64,000 nucleotides of DNA from an uncultured virus (IMG/VR IMGVR_UViG_3300042997_000753). Taxonomy: Duplodnaviria; Heunggongvirae; Uroviricota; Caudoviricetes. Location: the IMG/VR virus record IMGVR_UViG_3300042997_000753; one strand, given 5' to 3'. The number at the start of each line of letters is the position of its first letter. Position 1 is the first letter of the stretch. This document shows positions 35,551-45,652 of this stretch, piece by piece. The notes beneath the pieces were generated by a model. The model made no database searches and was not told the DNA's origin. It saw only the letters and a list, made by a program, of their open reading frames with translations. Both the position numbers and the translations under genes were made by a program.

Positions 35551-36465
35551 TTATGTTCCGCCGATTGCAGTAATTGAATATGTAGGTCTAGTGATGGTAA
35601 AAGTTCCGGATGGAACTAAAGGTCCTGTGGCTCTTTTTTCAGTAACGGTGACTGTTAGTGTCCCGTCAACATCATCACCGGTGAAAGGTGGACCATCCGG
35701 CCCTGGATCAGTATAATTGTCAACAAATCTAACTCGAATAAACACAGTAGTAGCTGTTCCACTAGAATTATTTGCAACATCGCACTTGGCATCTAAATTA
35801 TAACTGTTTGCAGAATACGGTGCAGATGAAGACAAGGAATAGAAATTTTGATAAGAATTAGTTAATCTATAAAAATTTTGACCATTCATTGGACTAAATC
35901 CGGCAGATGGAGTTTGACTGCCAAATGCCTGCATCCCAGCGGCAGTAGTTAAACTAGACCAATCATTATTTTGAGCATTACTAGTTCCGCCAGTTCGTGA
36001 AGATTGAATTCTAATCTGACCGCCACTGTTGAAAAACCAACGGCATAGATCGGCATTAGCAAAAGTTGCTGTGACTTCACACACCACTAAAGTATTCCAT
36101 GATGTAGATCTAGTAGAACTCACTGCACTTTCTGTTAAAAATCTACCCGAGCCTATGTTGAATCTATTTGATACCGCAGTTGAGGCAAGGCCGCTGTACT
36201 GTGCATTATTGGTAAAAGAAAGAATCTGACCTTCGTTAATATCGGTAATTGTTGGCGCTACTCCATCTTGATGTGTTCGAGCATTAACGATGTCGTATCG
36301 AAGTAAATCCCAATCAGTCTGACTAATTTTTTCGTGTGCTATTTTTTCAACACTTTGTATTGATTGGCCGTAACCAAAAGTAGCAGAGCCGTTACCGATG
36401 ATCGAAATTGCAGAAGACCTTAATGTACTATAGTCTGCAATTGTAATAATGTCATTAACCGCCAT
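35551..36465 (-). CDS. virion structural protein (tail/fibre-associated)
   Basis: Ser/Thr-rich; GYGQ, WDLLRYDI and FFNSGG motifs shared with the neighbour. Confidence 0.65.
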   Translation of the reverse strand: MAVNDIITIADYSTLRSSAISIIGNGSATFGYGQSIQSVEKIAHEKISQTDWDLLRYDIVNARTHQDGVAPTITDINEGQILSFTNNAQYSGLASTAVSNRFNIGSGRFLTESAVSSTRSTSWNTLVVCEVTATFANADLCRWFFNSGGQIRIQSSRTGGTSNAQNNDWSSLTTAAGMQAFGSQTPSAGFSPMNGQNFYRLTNSYQNFYSLSSSAPYSANSYNLDAKCDVANNSSGTATTVFIRVRFVDNYTDPGPDGPPFTGDDVDGTLTVTVTEKRATGPLVPSGTFTITRPTYSITAIGGT

Positions 36466-36492
36466 GGTAGTCCTTAATCCTTTTCATAAGAC

Positions 36493-36500
36493 TATTTATA
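36493..36500 (-). promoter_or_regulatory. T4 late promoter consensus TATAAATA
   Basis: Exact intergenic match upstream of SD AAGGA. Confidence 0.65.
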
Positions 36501-36506
36501 CGGGAG

Positions 36507-37418
36507 TTAAGAGCCAGATATGCCAGATATGGAGTAGCTAGTAGGGCTTGTTATAACAAATGGGCCGGTGCCTAACGGTTGTAATGTACCAGATGCTCTT
36601 AGTTCATCTACTGTGAGAGTTAAAGTGCCGTCAACATTATCCGGAATACTTGGACTACCGGTGCCAGTGTATGTATATGTATCAGAATATGTAACTCTAA
36701 AAGTTAAAGTAGTAGCACCACCTATTGTATTATCGGCTATATTTGATACTACTTCAATTCTATATTGATTTGCTGAATACGGAGCACTAGAGGTCAAGTT
36801 AAAAAATGTTTGATAGCTATTTGTTAAATTATAAAAATTTAATCCTGCGGTATTTCCACCAAATGCTACTGTACCGGCAGAATCTAATACGTTTGACCAC
36901 GAAGAATTCTGTGGACTTGCTGAGCCGCCTATTCTAGAACTTGAGCATCTTATTTTGCTGCCGCTGTTAAAGAAATAACGAGCTTGATCAGCGGTGCCGA
37001 ATGTTACTGTTACTGTTGCTGTAAGACTGGAATTCCATGCTGTAGTTCGAGTAGCTGACGTAGCTGACTCAATAACAAATTGGCCTGTGCCTATGTTAAA
37101 TTTATTTGCAATTGCGGTGTCTGCTTGAGTGTTGTATTGATTGTTGGGATGTCCTGCACCGTATCGCACAGGTTGACCTGAAGTGGCAGTAACAATTGTT
37201 GGCGATAATCCATCTTGATGAAGCCTAGCATTGAATATATCAAATCTCAAATTGTCCCATTGTGCTTTTGTCACTGTATTGCCAAGGGCTACAGGTGAAC
37301 TCAGCAGTGTTTGGCCGTAGCCTGATTGGCCGGCTCCTGTTCCCATAATACTAATAATTTTTGTTCTTATTGAATTATAGTCTACTGCTTCAATTATTAA
37401 TCCTGTACCTGCAGCCAT
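36507..37418 (-). CDS. virion structural protein, paralogue of 35551..36465
   Basis: GYGQ, WDNLRFDI, FFNSGS and VDGTLT motifs shared. Confidence 0.65.
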   Translation of the reverse strand: MAAGTGLIIEAVDYNSIRTKIISIMGTGAGQSGYGQTLLSSPVALGNTVTKAQWDNLRFDIFNARLHQDGLSPTIVTATSGQPVRYGAGHPNNQYNTQADTAIANKFNIGTGQFVIESATSATRTTAWNSSLTATVTVTFGTADQARYFFNSGSKIRCSSSRIGGSASPQNSSWSNVLDSAGTVAFGGNTAGLNFYNLTNSYQTFFNLTSSAPYSANQYRIEVVSNIADNTIGGATTLTFRVTYSDTYTYTGTGSPSIPDNVDGTLTLTVDELRASGTLQPLGTGPFVITSPTSYSISGISGS

Positions 37419-37427
37419 TTTAAATCC

Positions 37428-39176
37428 TTACAATATTACAGCTTCAACAAGTTTTACACTTGTATCGCTATTAGATTCTAATGCAACTGCAAACGCTTCA
37501 CTAGAATGGTGAACTGCTACAGAAGCACAACCGTCATTAGCTGCTATTAGATTGTCTCCCTTTTTAACTGATCCTATTATTTTTACTGGAACTCGGCCTT
37601 TAAGGGCAATGTAAGTGCCGCCTTCTAGATCTCGATTCATCATAAATGCAGGATTAGCACTGACTACTCCAATGGCACGTTTACCCCAGGTGCTGGCAGT
37701 GACTTCTTTTTCTCCGCCTACAACTACTACCGTTCCGGTATCGTATTCTTGATCTGCTAGATATTTTTCTGCAAGGTCAGCATACTGTGCTGAGGTAGCA
37801 GTTCCATTTAAAACATTACAGTAAATGTTAGAACTTGCATCTCTAATCACAACGGTGTTAGCTGTCGAAGTACTAGCTGCTGTTCTATACGATCCGCTCC
37901 ACAACAATGTGTTTGCCTGGGTAGCCGTTCCAGTGAATTGATTGGCCACTAGATTACCGCTAGCATCTCGCAGAGCAATAGTATCAGCAACGGCAGCAGC
38001 GTCTTGAATTTTACTGTTTAATTGCAAAGCGTTACTGGCAGTTCCGTTGACTGATCCCACATATACCGCTGTGCCTGGGCCGGAGCCAGAATTCAATACA
38101 GTGACTCCTGTGGACGAAATTATATTACCAGTTAACGATCCGTTGACTGCACCAGTGACATTTCCAGTTACATTTCCTGTAACATTGCCGGTTACATTAC
38201 CAGTTAATGCTCCATTAAATGTAGTGGCAAATACTGTGGCCCATCTTGCAGATGTAGCACCTAGATTTCTTGCATTGTTTGCTGCTGGATAGATAGCATC
38301 TGCACCAAACACATAGTCTCTATCGCCGCCGGATGTAACAATTCTCATCGTAATTGTTTGAGACCCAGAAGATCCTAATTGATTAGAAATTATTGGACTA
38401 TCGCCGGATTCGACAAATACTTTTAAATCATCAGTGTCACCTAAGGTGTAGCCAACGTCATAAAATTTTGCACCATTTGGAAATAGTGCATTGGTATTTC
38501 TAAGATATTCGCTGGCAGCAAATCCACCTAGTTTAGCTGCATTAGATGCTGTACCCCAATGAATATGATCATCTGTGGTTACTCCTGTTGACGGAGTATT
38601 AATTAAAGTAAGACCTTTCTTGATTTCACTAAAACCAGTAATAGGATTTACTGAAGGGTTTAATGTAAATGCAGTCTTACTCATTATATATTGCGTATCG
38701 CTGCTAACAGTAAATTTAATAATTGTGTGATTTACATTACTAACGTCTTTTACTACCACAACTTCTACAGCAGTAGCACCGGGATCTTCTGCTATTTGAG
38801 GTCCTACTAACACAAAGGATGTACCATTAGATACATACAGTTGTTCAGTGGTAGTGTCTAGCCAAAAATCTCCTGCAACAAGCCCAGAGGGAGCCGTTGC
38901 ACTAACTTCAGATCCGCCAGATGTTCTAAATCTAGATCCATCATAAAATTTAATCTTTTTATTTGCACTGTCGTACCAAACTTGACCTAACACAGCTCTT
39001 GGTGGAGCAGAAGTATTGGCAAAATTCTCTAAAAGGTGTAAGAAATTTTCGTTCTGTACTTCGCCATAGCCTGCGTAATTTTTACCTAAGAAGCGTAGAT
39101 CAGTAGTGGTATCAATGGTACCGTCTTCTACTGAGACTAAAAACGTGCCATTAAATCTGTCTACTTGATATGCCAT
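37428..39176 (-). CDS. tail fibre-like protein with C-terminal intramolecular chaperone-like domain
   Basis: Shared N-terminal GKNYxGYGExxNENFxxLLENFA; GNVT repeats; SAQYADLAE then IGVVS...GRVPVK. Confidence 0.7.
   Translation of the reverse strand: MAYQVDRFNGTFLVSVEDGTIDTTTDLRFLGKNYAGYGEVQNENFLHLLENFANTSAPPRAVLGQVWYDSANKKIKFYDGSRFRTSGGSEVSATAPSGLVAGDFWLDTTTEQLYVSNGTSFVLVGPQIAEDPGATAVEVVVVKDVSNVNHTIIKFTVSSDTQYIMSKTAFTLNPSVNPITGFSEIKKGLTLINTPSTGVTTDDHIHWGTASNAAKLGGFAASEYLRNTNALFPNGAKFYDVGYTLGDTDDLKVFVESGDSPIISNQLGSSGSQTITMRIVTSGGDRDYVFGADAIYPAANNARNLGATSARWATVFATTFNGALTGNVTGNVTGNVTGNVTGAVNGSLTGNIISSTGVTVLNSGSGPGTAVYVGSVNGTASNALQLNSKIQDAAAVADTIALRDASGNLVANQFTGTATQANTLLWSGSYRTAASTSTANTVVIRDASSNIYCNVLNGTATSAQYADLAEKYLADQEYDTGTVVVVGGEKEVTASTWGKRAIGVVSANPAFMMNRDLEGGTYIALKGRVPVKIIGSVKKGDNLIAANDGCASVAVHHSSEAFAVALESNSDTSVKLVEAVIL
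38125..38213 (-). repeat. degenerate 12-bp coding tandem repeat (GNVT x4 plus flanking copies)
   Basis: GALTGNVTGNVTGNVTGNVTGAVNGSLTGN. Confidence 0.8.
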
Positions 39177-39200
39177 CAATCTACTCCAATTTTATTCTAT

Positions 39201-39207
39201 TATTTAT
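39201..39207 (-). promoter_or_regulatory. late promoter-like ATAAATA
   Basis: Intergenic, upstream of SD GGAG. Confidence 0.5.
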
Positions 39208-39220
39208 CTGAGTAGATTTA

Positions 39221-41032
39221 TTATAATCTACCCACTGCGACTTCGATTACGCCTTCTGTGCCATCAAAATCACCAAGTGCTTTGCCTATTACAGTACCTA
39301 TTTGTGGGGTTTGAGTAGTTCTAGCGAAACCGTTTTCTCCGCTAATTAACATATCACCTTTTCTTATAGGTCCTTTAACTTTACAAGGTGTTCTTCCTTG
39401 TAACGCCACTGCTGCCACATATGTTCCTTGACAGTTACTGTTCATCAAATAAGCAGGATTTGTGGTGACAACTCCTGCTACTCTGTTAGTACCGTCTTGT
39501 GCAAGTGTAACTTCAAATTCTCCGCCAAATTCTAACACTGTACCCGGAACATATTCTGCATCTGCTGTGTAATTTTCGGCTAAGTCAGCATATTGTGCGC
39601 TGGTAGCAACGCCGTTAAAAACGTCTGCGTATACACTGCCAAACGTTCGTCCTGGTAGTCCTATATTACATTTACTATTAGCATCTCCTACAAAAGTAGG
39701 ATCTGATGTGCCACCGTTTGCTAGAGCTACTGAACTTGAGATAAATTCAAAACTTGCTTCATCTCCAGTTTGAAATGCATCATTGATAGTGATGGCAAAT
39801 CCTAGACCGTTGGTAATAGCCAGGGTAGGAGAGTTGCCATTTATAAACAAATGTATTTCTCCTGCATCTCCTATGGTTGCTCCTGCATCCGTAACTGAAA
39901 CTCCTGTCAATGTTCCCACAGATGTCAATGAAGAATTTACTATTCCAGAAGCCAACGTTGCTCCACTTAAAGTACTGGCAGAGGCTGTGACCGTGATGTC
40001 TTGTGATCCGTTAAACTGTACTCCATTAATGGCTCTTCCTGGCGCCAATGTACTGGCTTGTGATGCAAGTCCGCTAAAAGTAAAACCCTGTATATTGTTG
40101 GCTACAAGACTATAAAATGTGCTGGTGCCAGATATTGCAGTAACATTACCTGTTAATGGACCAATAAATTGATCTGCTGTTATTGTTCCGCCGGCAAAAC
40201 TACCTGTGCTATCTCTAGCAACTACCTTACCTATAGTGTTAGTTGACGATGCATCTACTTCCCAAGTAACAGCGGCACTACCGTTGAAATTACTGCCTGT
40301 TAAATATGTACCCCTAGTAAGGATAGCAGCCGTATTAGCAGTAATAGTAATATCATTATTACCGTCAAAGTATGCACCATTGATAAATCTACCAGTCTGC
40401 AATCTAGTAGCGGTAGTCGAATTGCCTAAAAGGTTACCAGAGATAAGTGTGTTTGTTGATAGTGTAACACCTTTTTGTAACTCATTAAAACCCGTAATAG
40501 CATCTAAAGTATTGATTGTAAAAGTATCTGAACTGTGGATAGACAATACTTCATCATTAACTAATACTAATAATACTGCATGATTAACACTGTTAATATC
40601 TCTTAAAATTGCTGCTTTGATTCTTGTTTCACCAAAACCAGATACTCCCTCAGGTCCTACAAGTATCCATCCTGATATAGTGGAATAAACATACAATTGT
40701 TTGGTTGATATTTTAAACCAAAGAGCACCTTCAGTTGGGCCGGATGGTGCATTTTCTGAAGAAGTAGCAGCCCCAACAGGCACCCAATTGGTTCCATCAT
40801 AGGTATTTAATTTGTTGTTGACGCTGTCGTACCAGGTTTGCCCTTCTACAGCACGAGCAGGAGGATTTGTTCCAGCAAAATTTTCTAAAAGAAATAGAAA
40901 ATTTTCGTTCTGTACTTCACCGTAGCCCACATAATTTCTACCAAGTAAACCAATACTTGTAGAAGTATCTAAAGTTCCGTCTTGAAGAACAACAAGTTCT
41001 GACCCGTTATATTTGTTTATGATGTATGGCAT
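39221..41032 (-). CDS. tail fibre-like protein with C-terminal intramolecular chaperone-like domain
   Basis: Same N-terminal module; R.INGxxFxGxxDIT repeats; SAQYADLAE. Confidence 0.7.
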   Translation of the reverse strand: MPYIINKYNGSELVVLQDGTLDTSTSIGLLGRNYVGYGEVQNENFLFLLENFAGTNPPARAVEGQTWYDSVNNKLNTYDGTNWVPVGAATSSENAPSGPTEGALWFKISTKQLYVYSTISGWILVGPEGVSGFGETRIKAAILRDINSVNHAVLLVLVNDEVLSIHSSDTFTINTLDAITGFNELQKGVTLSTNTLISGNLLGNSTTATRLQTGRFINGAYFDGNNDITITANTAAILTRGTYLTGSNFNGSAAVTWEVDASSTNTIGKVVARDSTGSFAGGTITADQFIGPLTGNVTAISGTSTFYSLVANNIQGFTFSGLASQASTLAPGRAINGVQFNGSQDITVTASASTLSGATLASGIVNSSLTSVGTLTGVSVTDAGATIGDAGEIHLFINGNSPTLAITNGLGFAITINDAFQTGDEASFEFISSSVALANGGTSDPTFVGDANSKCNIGLPGRTFGSVYADVFNGVATSAQYADLAENYTADAEYVPGTVLEFGGEFEVTLAQDGTNRVAGVVTTNPAYLMNSNCQGTYVAAVALQGRTPCKVKGPIRKGDMLISGENGFARTTQTPQIGTVIGKALGDFDGTEGVIEVAVGRL

Positions 41033-41056
41033 TGATTCGCTCCTTATGTATTTAAC

Positions 41057-42883
41057 TTAAGAGCTAAATGTCCAGACACCTGCCTGTAGTATAAAAGTTT
41101 TAACAGTTCTAAAAACGCTGATAGGTTGTGCACCAATAGTAATAGGACTTACAATTGTTTGATTTGTTATAGCAAATGCAGTACCTGTTGGAGTAACAAA
41201 TTCAGCAGTAGATGGCGCTCCGAGACTGGTAGTAGCAGTAGAACTTATATTTGACAGTCTTGTACACAAAATCCTAGCTAATGTGCCGTTTTCGTATTCG
41301 TTTACAGGAGCTAAACTTGTTAAAATTATAGCAATGTCGCCATCTGTTGGAAAATCTGATATATCTATACTGAATACTAGCGATCGAGTTCTTACCACAT
41401 TCAAAACATATTTCTTGTTTGTAGCTTCAGATAATTCAGTAGCACCCAATGCAGTGCCAATTGATCCAGTATTTTCAGTGGTTTGTACAGGTGAATTTTG
41501 ACTAGTAGTAATCAATCCTGTCAGCAACGGAGAACCAATTAATACAATATTTCCACTACCATCTGGTGCTAGTTCTAGATCGTTAGAACTTGTGGTAGAT
41601 ATTCTTTGATTGTCTATAAAAATATTGTCTACTGACAACTGTAGCAAAGTTCCTACATTGTTTAAATTAGGAAAATTACTAGAAAAACATTGTGTTGCAT
41701 TTATAACAGCGTTACCATTAATCTTAAATGCTTTACCTGTAACTAGATTGATGTGTTCAGTGCTATCCCATGAAGTTTGAGGGCCGTTCCACAAAAATTC
41801 ATGGTCACTATCTCCTCTAAGAATAATTCCCCCGCCGTCTGCATTTACATCAGTTCCTGCTGAACTGTCACCTGTGGCGGCCAACACGATATTTTTGTCT
41901 TCAATTGTCAGCACACTGGTATTGATAGTAGTTGTGTTTCCTTGAACCACAAGATCGCCTACCACTGTAAGACTACCGCCCACTGTGGTTAAACTGTCTG
42001 TGAATCCGTCATAAATTTTTACTTCTCTAGTTGGAGCGATAATATTAACTGCTGTTTCACTAACAACTCCCTTTTGTACAGCAAAACTAAGATTCTTATT
42101 TGAAGCTGTGTTGTATAATCTTACATTGCCAGCGGCAACATTGAATGCCCCTTCAGTACCAGCTCCCACATTAAGTCCGCTGTTGTTGGTAATAATTAAT
42201 GGTTCTGCAAAATTATTTGCTTGGTCGCGACGGGCATAAAGAGATGCAATAACAGTGTCGAGTTGATCTGCGTTGGTTGCGGTAACATTAAATTTCATGC
42301 CTACTAGTATTCCGGCATTAAATCCAGGAACAATACTTCCGCTAAAACCTTCGATGTTTAATTTAGGTGTAAATGTGTCTTTGGCAAATATTCCTAGCAA
42401 AATTCCATTGTTGTATAAGTAAGTTACAACACGGGATGCATTTAGAGAATCTAAAATAGTTTCAACTTTAAATCCACTAAGTCCCTGTGCTTGAGAGTAG
42501 GCAGGGCCAAGTAAAATAAATCCAGTACCATCATAGAAATATAGTTGTTTACTGATGTTGTTAAACCATAGATCGCCAGCACCTGGTTGAGCAGGCTGAG
42601 AATTCGAAATACTAGCCGAGCTTACTGGAACAAATCCTGTACCTGTGTAAACTTTTAGTTTTGCTTCGCCGGCATCGAACCATATCTGACCTCTAATTGG
42701 GTTTTCGGGTCTACTGGTGCTTGCAAAATTTTCTAAAAGTTTTATAAAATTTTCATTTAACGATTCACCAAAGCCGCTGTAATTTTTTCCTATCAAGGTA
42801 ATGTCAGTTGTTAAGTCATCAACCTGACCGTCAGCTACAGTAGCTAATAGTGTTCCGTCTGTTTTATTAATCGAATACGCCAT
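41057..42883 (-). CDS. tail fibre-like / baseplate-attached protein
   Basis: Same N-terminal module; GDLVVQGNTTTINT...IEDKNIVL, ATNKKYV. Confidence 0.65.
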   Translation of the reverse strand: MAYSINKTDGTLLATVADGQVDDLTTDITLIGKNYSGFGESLNENFIKLLENFASTSRPENPIRGQIWFDAGEAKLKVYTGTGFVPVSSASISNSQPAQPGAGDLWFNNISKQLYFYDGTGFILLGPAYSQAQGLSGFKVETILDSLNASRVVTYLYNNGILLGIFAKDTFTPKLNIEGFSGSIVPGFNAGILVGMKFNVTATNADQLDTVIASLYARRDQANNFAEPLIITNNSGLNVGAGTEGAFNVAAGNVRLYNTASNKNLSFAVQKGVVSETAVNIIAPTREVKIYDGFTDSLTTVGGSLTVVGDLVVQGNTTTINTSVLTIEDKNIVLAATGDSSAGTDVNADGGGIILRGDSDHEFLWNGPQTSWDSTEHINLVTGKAFKINGNAVINATQCFSSNFPNLNNVGTLLQLSVDNIFIDNQRISTTSSNDLELAPDGSGNIVLIGSPLLTGLITTSQNSPVQTTENTGSIGTALGATELSEATNKKYVLNVVRTRSLVFSIDISDFPTDGDIAIILTSLAPVNEYENGTLARILCTRLSNISSTATTSLGAPSTAEFVTPTGTAFAITNQTIVSPITIGAQPISVFRTVKTFILQAGVWTFSS

Positions 42884-42893
42884 TTTTTATCCT

Positions 42894-44975
42894 TTAGAAT
42901 GCAGGTGGTCCTGACCTAATAATGTAGTTTATAGTTAGAAACGGATTCATTAATGAAAATGCGTCACTTAACGGACTAGTGGTTTTGATACCCCCCGAAT
43001 TTGGAAGATAATTAAATTTACCTGATGCCGTCGGGCCTGCATCTAAAAATGCTCCGAAATCAGTTGGCAAGGCAGAGTCTAATTTTACAGCAGCATATTG
43101 GCCACCGGTACTACCCACCATATCGTGTTCATGATCTGGAAGATTCCTAACCAACAGTGTTTGAGTCGATGTGCCGCTGGATTGTCCGACGTTTTGAGGT
43201 TCAGTTCCAGATACTCTTCCTGCTATTCCGCCACCGCCTTCTACATATCCACCAGTACTGTTAGGCACTGTGATACCGTTGTCCATATTATCTCTTCCTA
43301 GGGCAAATCTACCTCTTAGATCGGGAATTCTAAAAGTATTGACTCCGACTAACGGATCAACACCGTTGTAGGTTGTGCCAATAATATCATACAAATCAGA
43401 AAATTTTCCTCTTTCTACTTCGCCGCCGTCGCAGAACAAAAATCCATAAGGAGCACTAGAACCTGCATAAGGCAGAATAGCACCAATTGGCAATCCTAAA
43501 TCAGCTATAAAAGTATCTCTAGATTGTTTAAGCAATCCGCTGGTACTTGATCTAAAAACCAAAACAAAATCATCTGTTTTGGATCTGTTAGGACTAGGTT
43601 CTGCTTTGCTACTGATAATAGAAGAAGAAAGTGTTGTATTAAATGTTTTTGTGTAGCCACCCGTGCTACCGTTAAAGGTTACTGGAGCTGTTGACGCTAT
43701 ATCTCCTGTAATAGAGAATGCTGTGGTATTTTGTAAACTAGTAGCAGTTACAGCATTACCGCTGATGTCTCCTCCTAGAACTCCTTCTACGGTTTCTGCA
43801 ATAATAGTCTGTGCTCTAATTGTTTTCCAACGTTTAGTAACACTACCAAATTCAAAAGTATCATTCAATGCTGGATCAATATTACGTGTGGTTGTGGTTC
43901 CAACTACTTCTAAAGTTGTTCCGATTAATGCATTTTTAGTTACTGCTAGTCCTCCAGCAGTTCTAATTGAGCCGTTACTGAGATTGCTAGTAGCCACTGT
44001 GCTATCAACAACTAGGTTTCCACTAATCTTAGTATTACCAATTACGTCCAGCGATTCTTGTGGACTGAGATTATTCACTCCAACTTTATTATCAATTACT
44101 CTTAATACTGTGTTAGGTATACCGTCAGAATTCAATTGAATATCAATACTGCTGCCTGCTGAAGAATTATAAATTTTAGCAGCAGTGGCTGAGTTAGAAA
44201 GATTAAATGAACTATCTACTCCGATATTAATTCCTGAATTATTTCTTATGTTTAATCCAAATTCAGTAGTATTGGTAATATCCGATCTGAGGAATTTACC
44301 ACTATCGATTACTACACCGCCGACATTTAATCCATCTGCTGATGTAGCTGTTCCGTACAGCTTGGGAGCAAATCCTCCTAATCCAAGATCAGTTGTGGCC
44401 GATATGTTCACTCCTGATCTAATTGCAAGGAATCCTGTAATAGAATTTTTTGGAGTAAAACTATCTTTGCTGATAATTACAACTGGTTTATCTTCTACAT
44501 AAAAAGTTAAAACTACTTTAGTGTCGTTATTAGTATCTATGATCTGTTCGACTAAGGGACCACTTAACAGTCCTGTTGAAAAATTAGGTCCGACTAAAAT
44601 CCAGTCTGTGCCTGAAAAAACATATAGTTGCTGATTTACAGTATCTACCCAAAGTTCGCCAACTTTGCTTTGTTCAACAGAGGGAGCTACAACACTTTTT
44701 TGAATGTCACTGGCTGCTTTCCAAGCAACACCATCAAAGATTTGTAGTGTTCTTGTGTTGGTATCAAACCATAACTGACCTTCAATAGGATTAACTGGTT
44801 CAGACGGGCCTGCAAAATTTTCTAACAGAGCTAGGAAATTTTGACCAATAGTTTGACCATAGCCAGTAACATTTCTGCCTGGAAATGTCAAACTGGTATC
44901 TGTGTTTGAGGTGTTATCATAGACCGTGATTGGGGTCTTATTTTCATTATCGGTAAAATTTACAATATATGGCAT
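42894..44975 (-). CDS. short tail fibre with tail-collar domain
   Basis: PIGAILPYAG...GFLFCDG...LYDIIGTTY...FRIPDLRGR; LPDHEH; NPFLTINYII. Confidence 0.85.
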   Translation of the reverse strand: MPYIVNFTDNENKTPITVYDNTSNTDTSLTFPGRNVTGYGQTIGQNFLALLENFAGPSEPVNPIEGQLWFDTNTRTLQIFDGVAWKAASDIQKSVVAPSVEQSKVGELWVDTVNQQLYVFSGTDWILVGPNFSTGLLSGPLVEQIIDTNNDTKVVLTFYVEDKPVVIISKDSFTPKNSITGFLAIRSGVNISATTDLGLGGFAPKLYGTATSADGLNVGGVVIDSGKFLRSDITNTTEFGLNIRNNSGINIGVDSSFNLSNSATAAKIYNSSAGSSIDIQLNSDGIPNTVLRVIDNKVGVNNLSPQESLDVIGNTKISGNLVVDSTVATSNLSNGSIRTAGGLAVTKNALIGTTLEVVGTTTTRNIDPALNDTFEFGSVTKRWKTIRAQTIIAETVEGVLGGDISGNAVTATSLQNTTAFSITGDIASTAPVTFNGSTGGYTKTFNTTLSSSIISSKAEPSPNRSKTDDFVLVFRSSTSGLLKQSRDTFIADLGLPIGAILPYAGSSAPYGFLFCDGGEVERGKFSDLYDIIGTTYNGVDPLVGVNTFRIPDLRGRFALGRDNMDNGITVPNSTGGYVEGGGGIAGRVSGTEPQNVGQSSGTSTQTLLVRNLPDHEHDMVGSTGGQYAAVKLDSALPTDFGAFLDAGPTASGKFNYLPNSGGIKTTSPLSDAFSLMNPFLTINYIIRSGPPAF

Positions 44976-44978
44976 TTA

Positions 44979-45641
44979 TTAAACCTCTGTGAATCCAGTT
45001 AAACTCTGTACACGAATCGTATAATCAATTTGTAATAGCCTGTTTAGAGATTTTTGAACAGGGTGAAAGATCACGTGAGTTAATAATTTGCCTGTACCCG
45101 TGTCGCTGTAAGACCGTAGACCTAGTTCATCAAAAACAAAATTGCCACTCATATCTTGACTGTTGTCAAATGCATCCTGTCCGTCTGGTTCACCGTAATC
45201 TAACAAACAACTAATAATAATGTCACTGTAAGTAGAACCACTTATATGCCTAATTTCCATTTTATTTCTAATAGGATCTGTATTTTCTGTAGCATTTTTA
45301 TCCACTATCTTAGCATAGGTTTGATTATACAGACTAGTATTAACTCCCACAGTGTTTGGGGTTAGATAACTAATCAGCCCAGTTGGATCTACTGTGGTTC
45401 CACCGTTGCCAAAAACCATTTGATAAATCCAGCCCTGCCCTTGGTTGCTTAGGCTACTAACCATTGCAACACTCATATTTTCATAATGAATGGCATTGCG
45501 TTTATCTTGGAATACTTCTCCAGTTTTGGGATCAAATATTTTTATGTGGCCTTCGACGTGGAATCCACCACTTTCGTTGGGAGTTTTTTCTGGTTGTTTT
45601 TGTTCGTTGGGCATATTGAGCTCGTTGAAATTATTATTCAT
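44979..45641 (-). CDS. baseplate/tail-associated structural protein
   Basis: ATG 45641; VFDELGL...LLTHVIFHPVQKSLNR...IDYT pattern. Confidence 0.65.
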   Translation of the reverse strand: MNNNFNELNMPNEQKQPEKTPNESGGFHVEGHIKIFDPKTGEVFQDKRNAIHYENMSVAMVSSLSNQGQGWIYQMVFGNGGTTVDPTGLISYLTPNTVGVNTSLYNQTYAKIVDKNATENTDPIRNKMEIRHISGSTYSDIIISCLLDYGEPDGQDAFDNSQDMSGNFVFDELGLRSYSDTGTGKLLTHVIFHPVQKSLNRLLQIDYTIRVQSLTGFTEV

Positions 45642-45645
45642 AGTG

Positions 45646-45652
45646 TATTTAT
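45646..45652 (-). promoter_or_regulatory. late promoter-like ATAAATA
   Basis: 4 nt before ATG 45641; no SD. Confidence 0.45.

Noticed and set aside
38125..38213. Phase-variable contingency repeat
   Set aside because: In-frame, synonymous-diverged repeat encoding a structural GNVT motif
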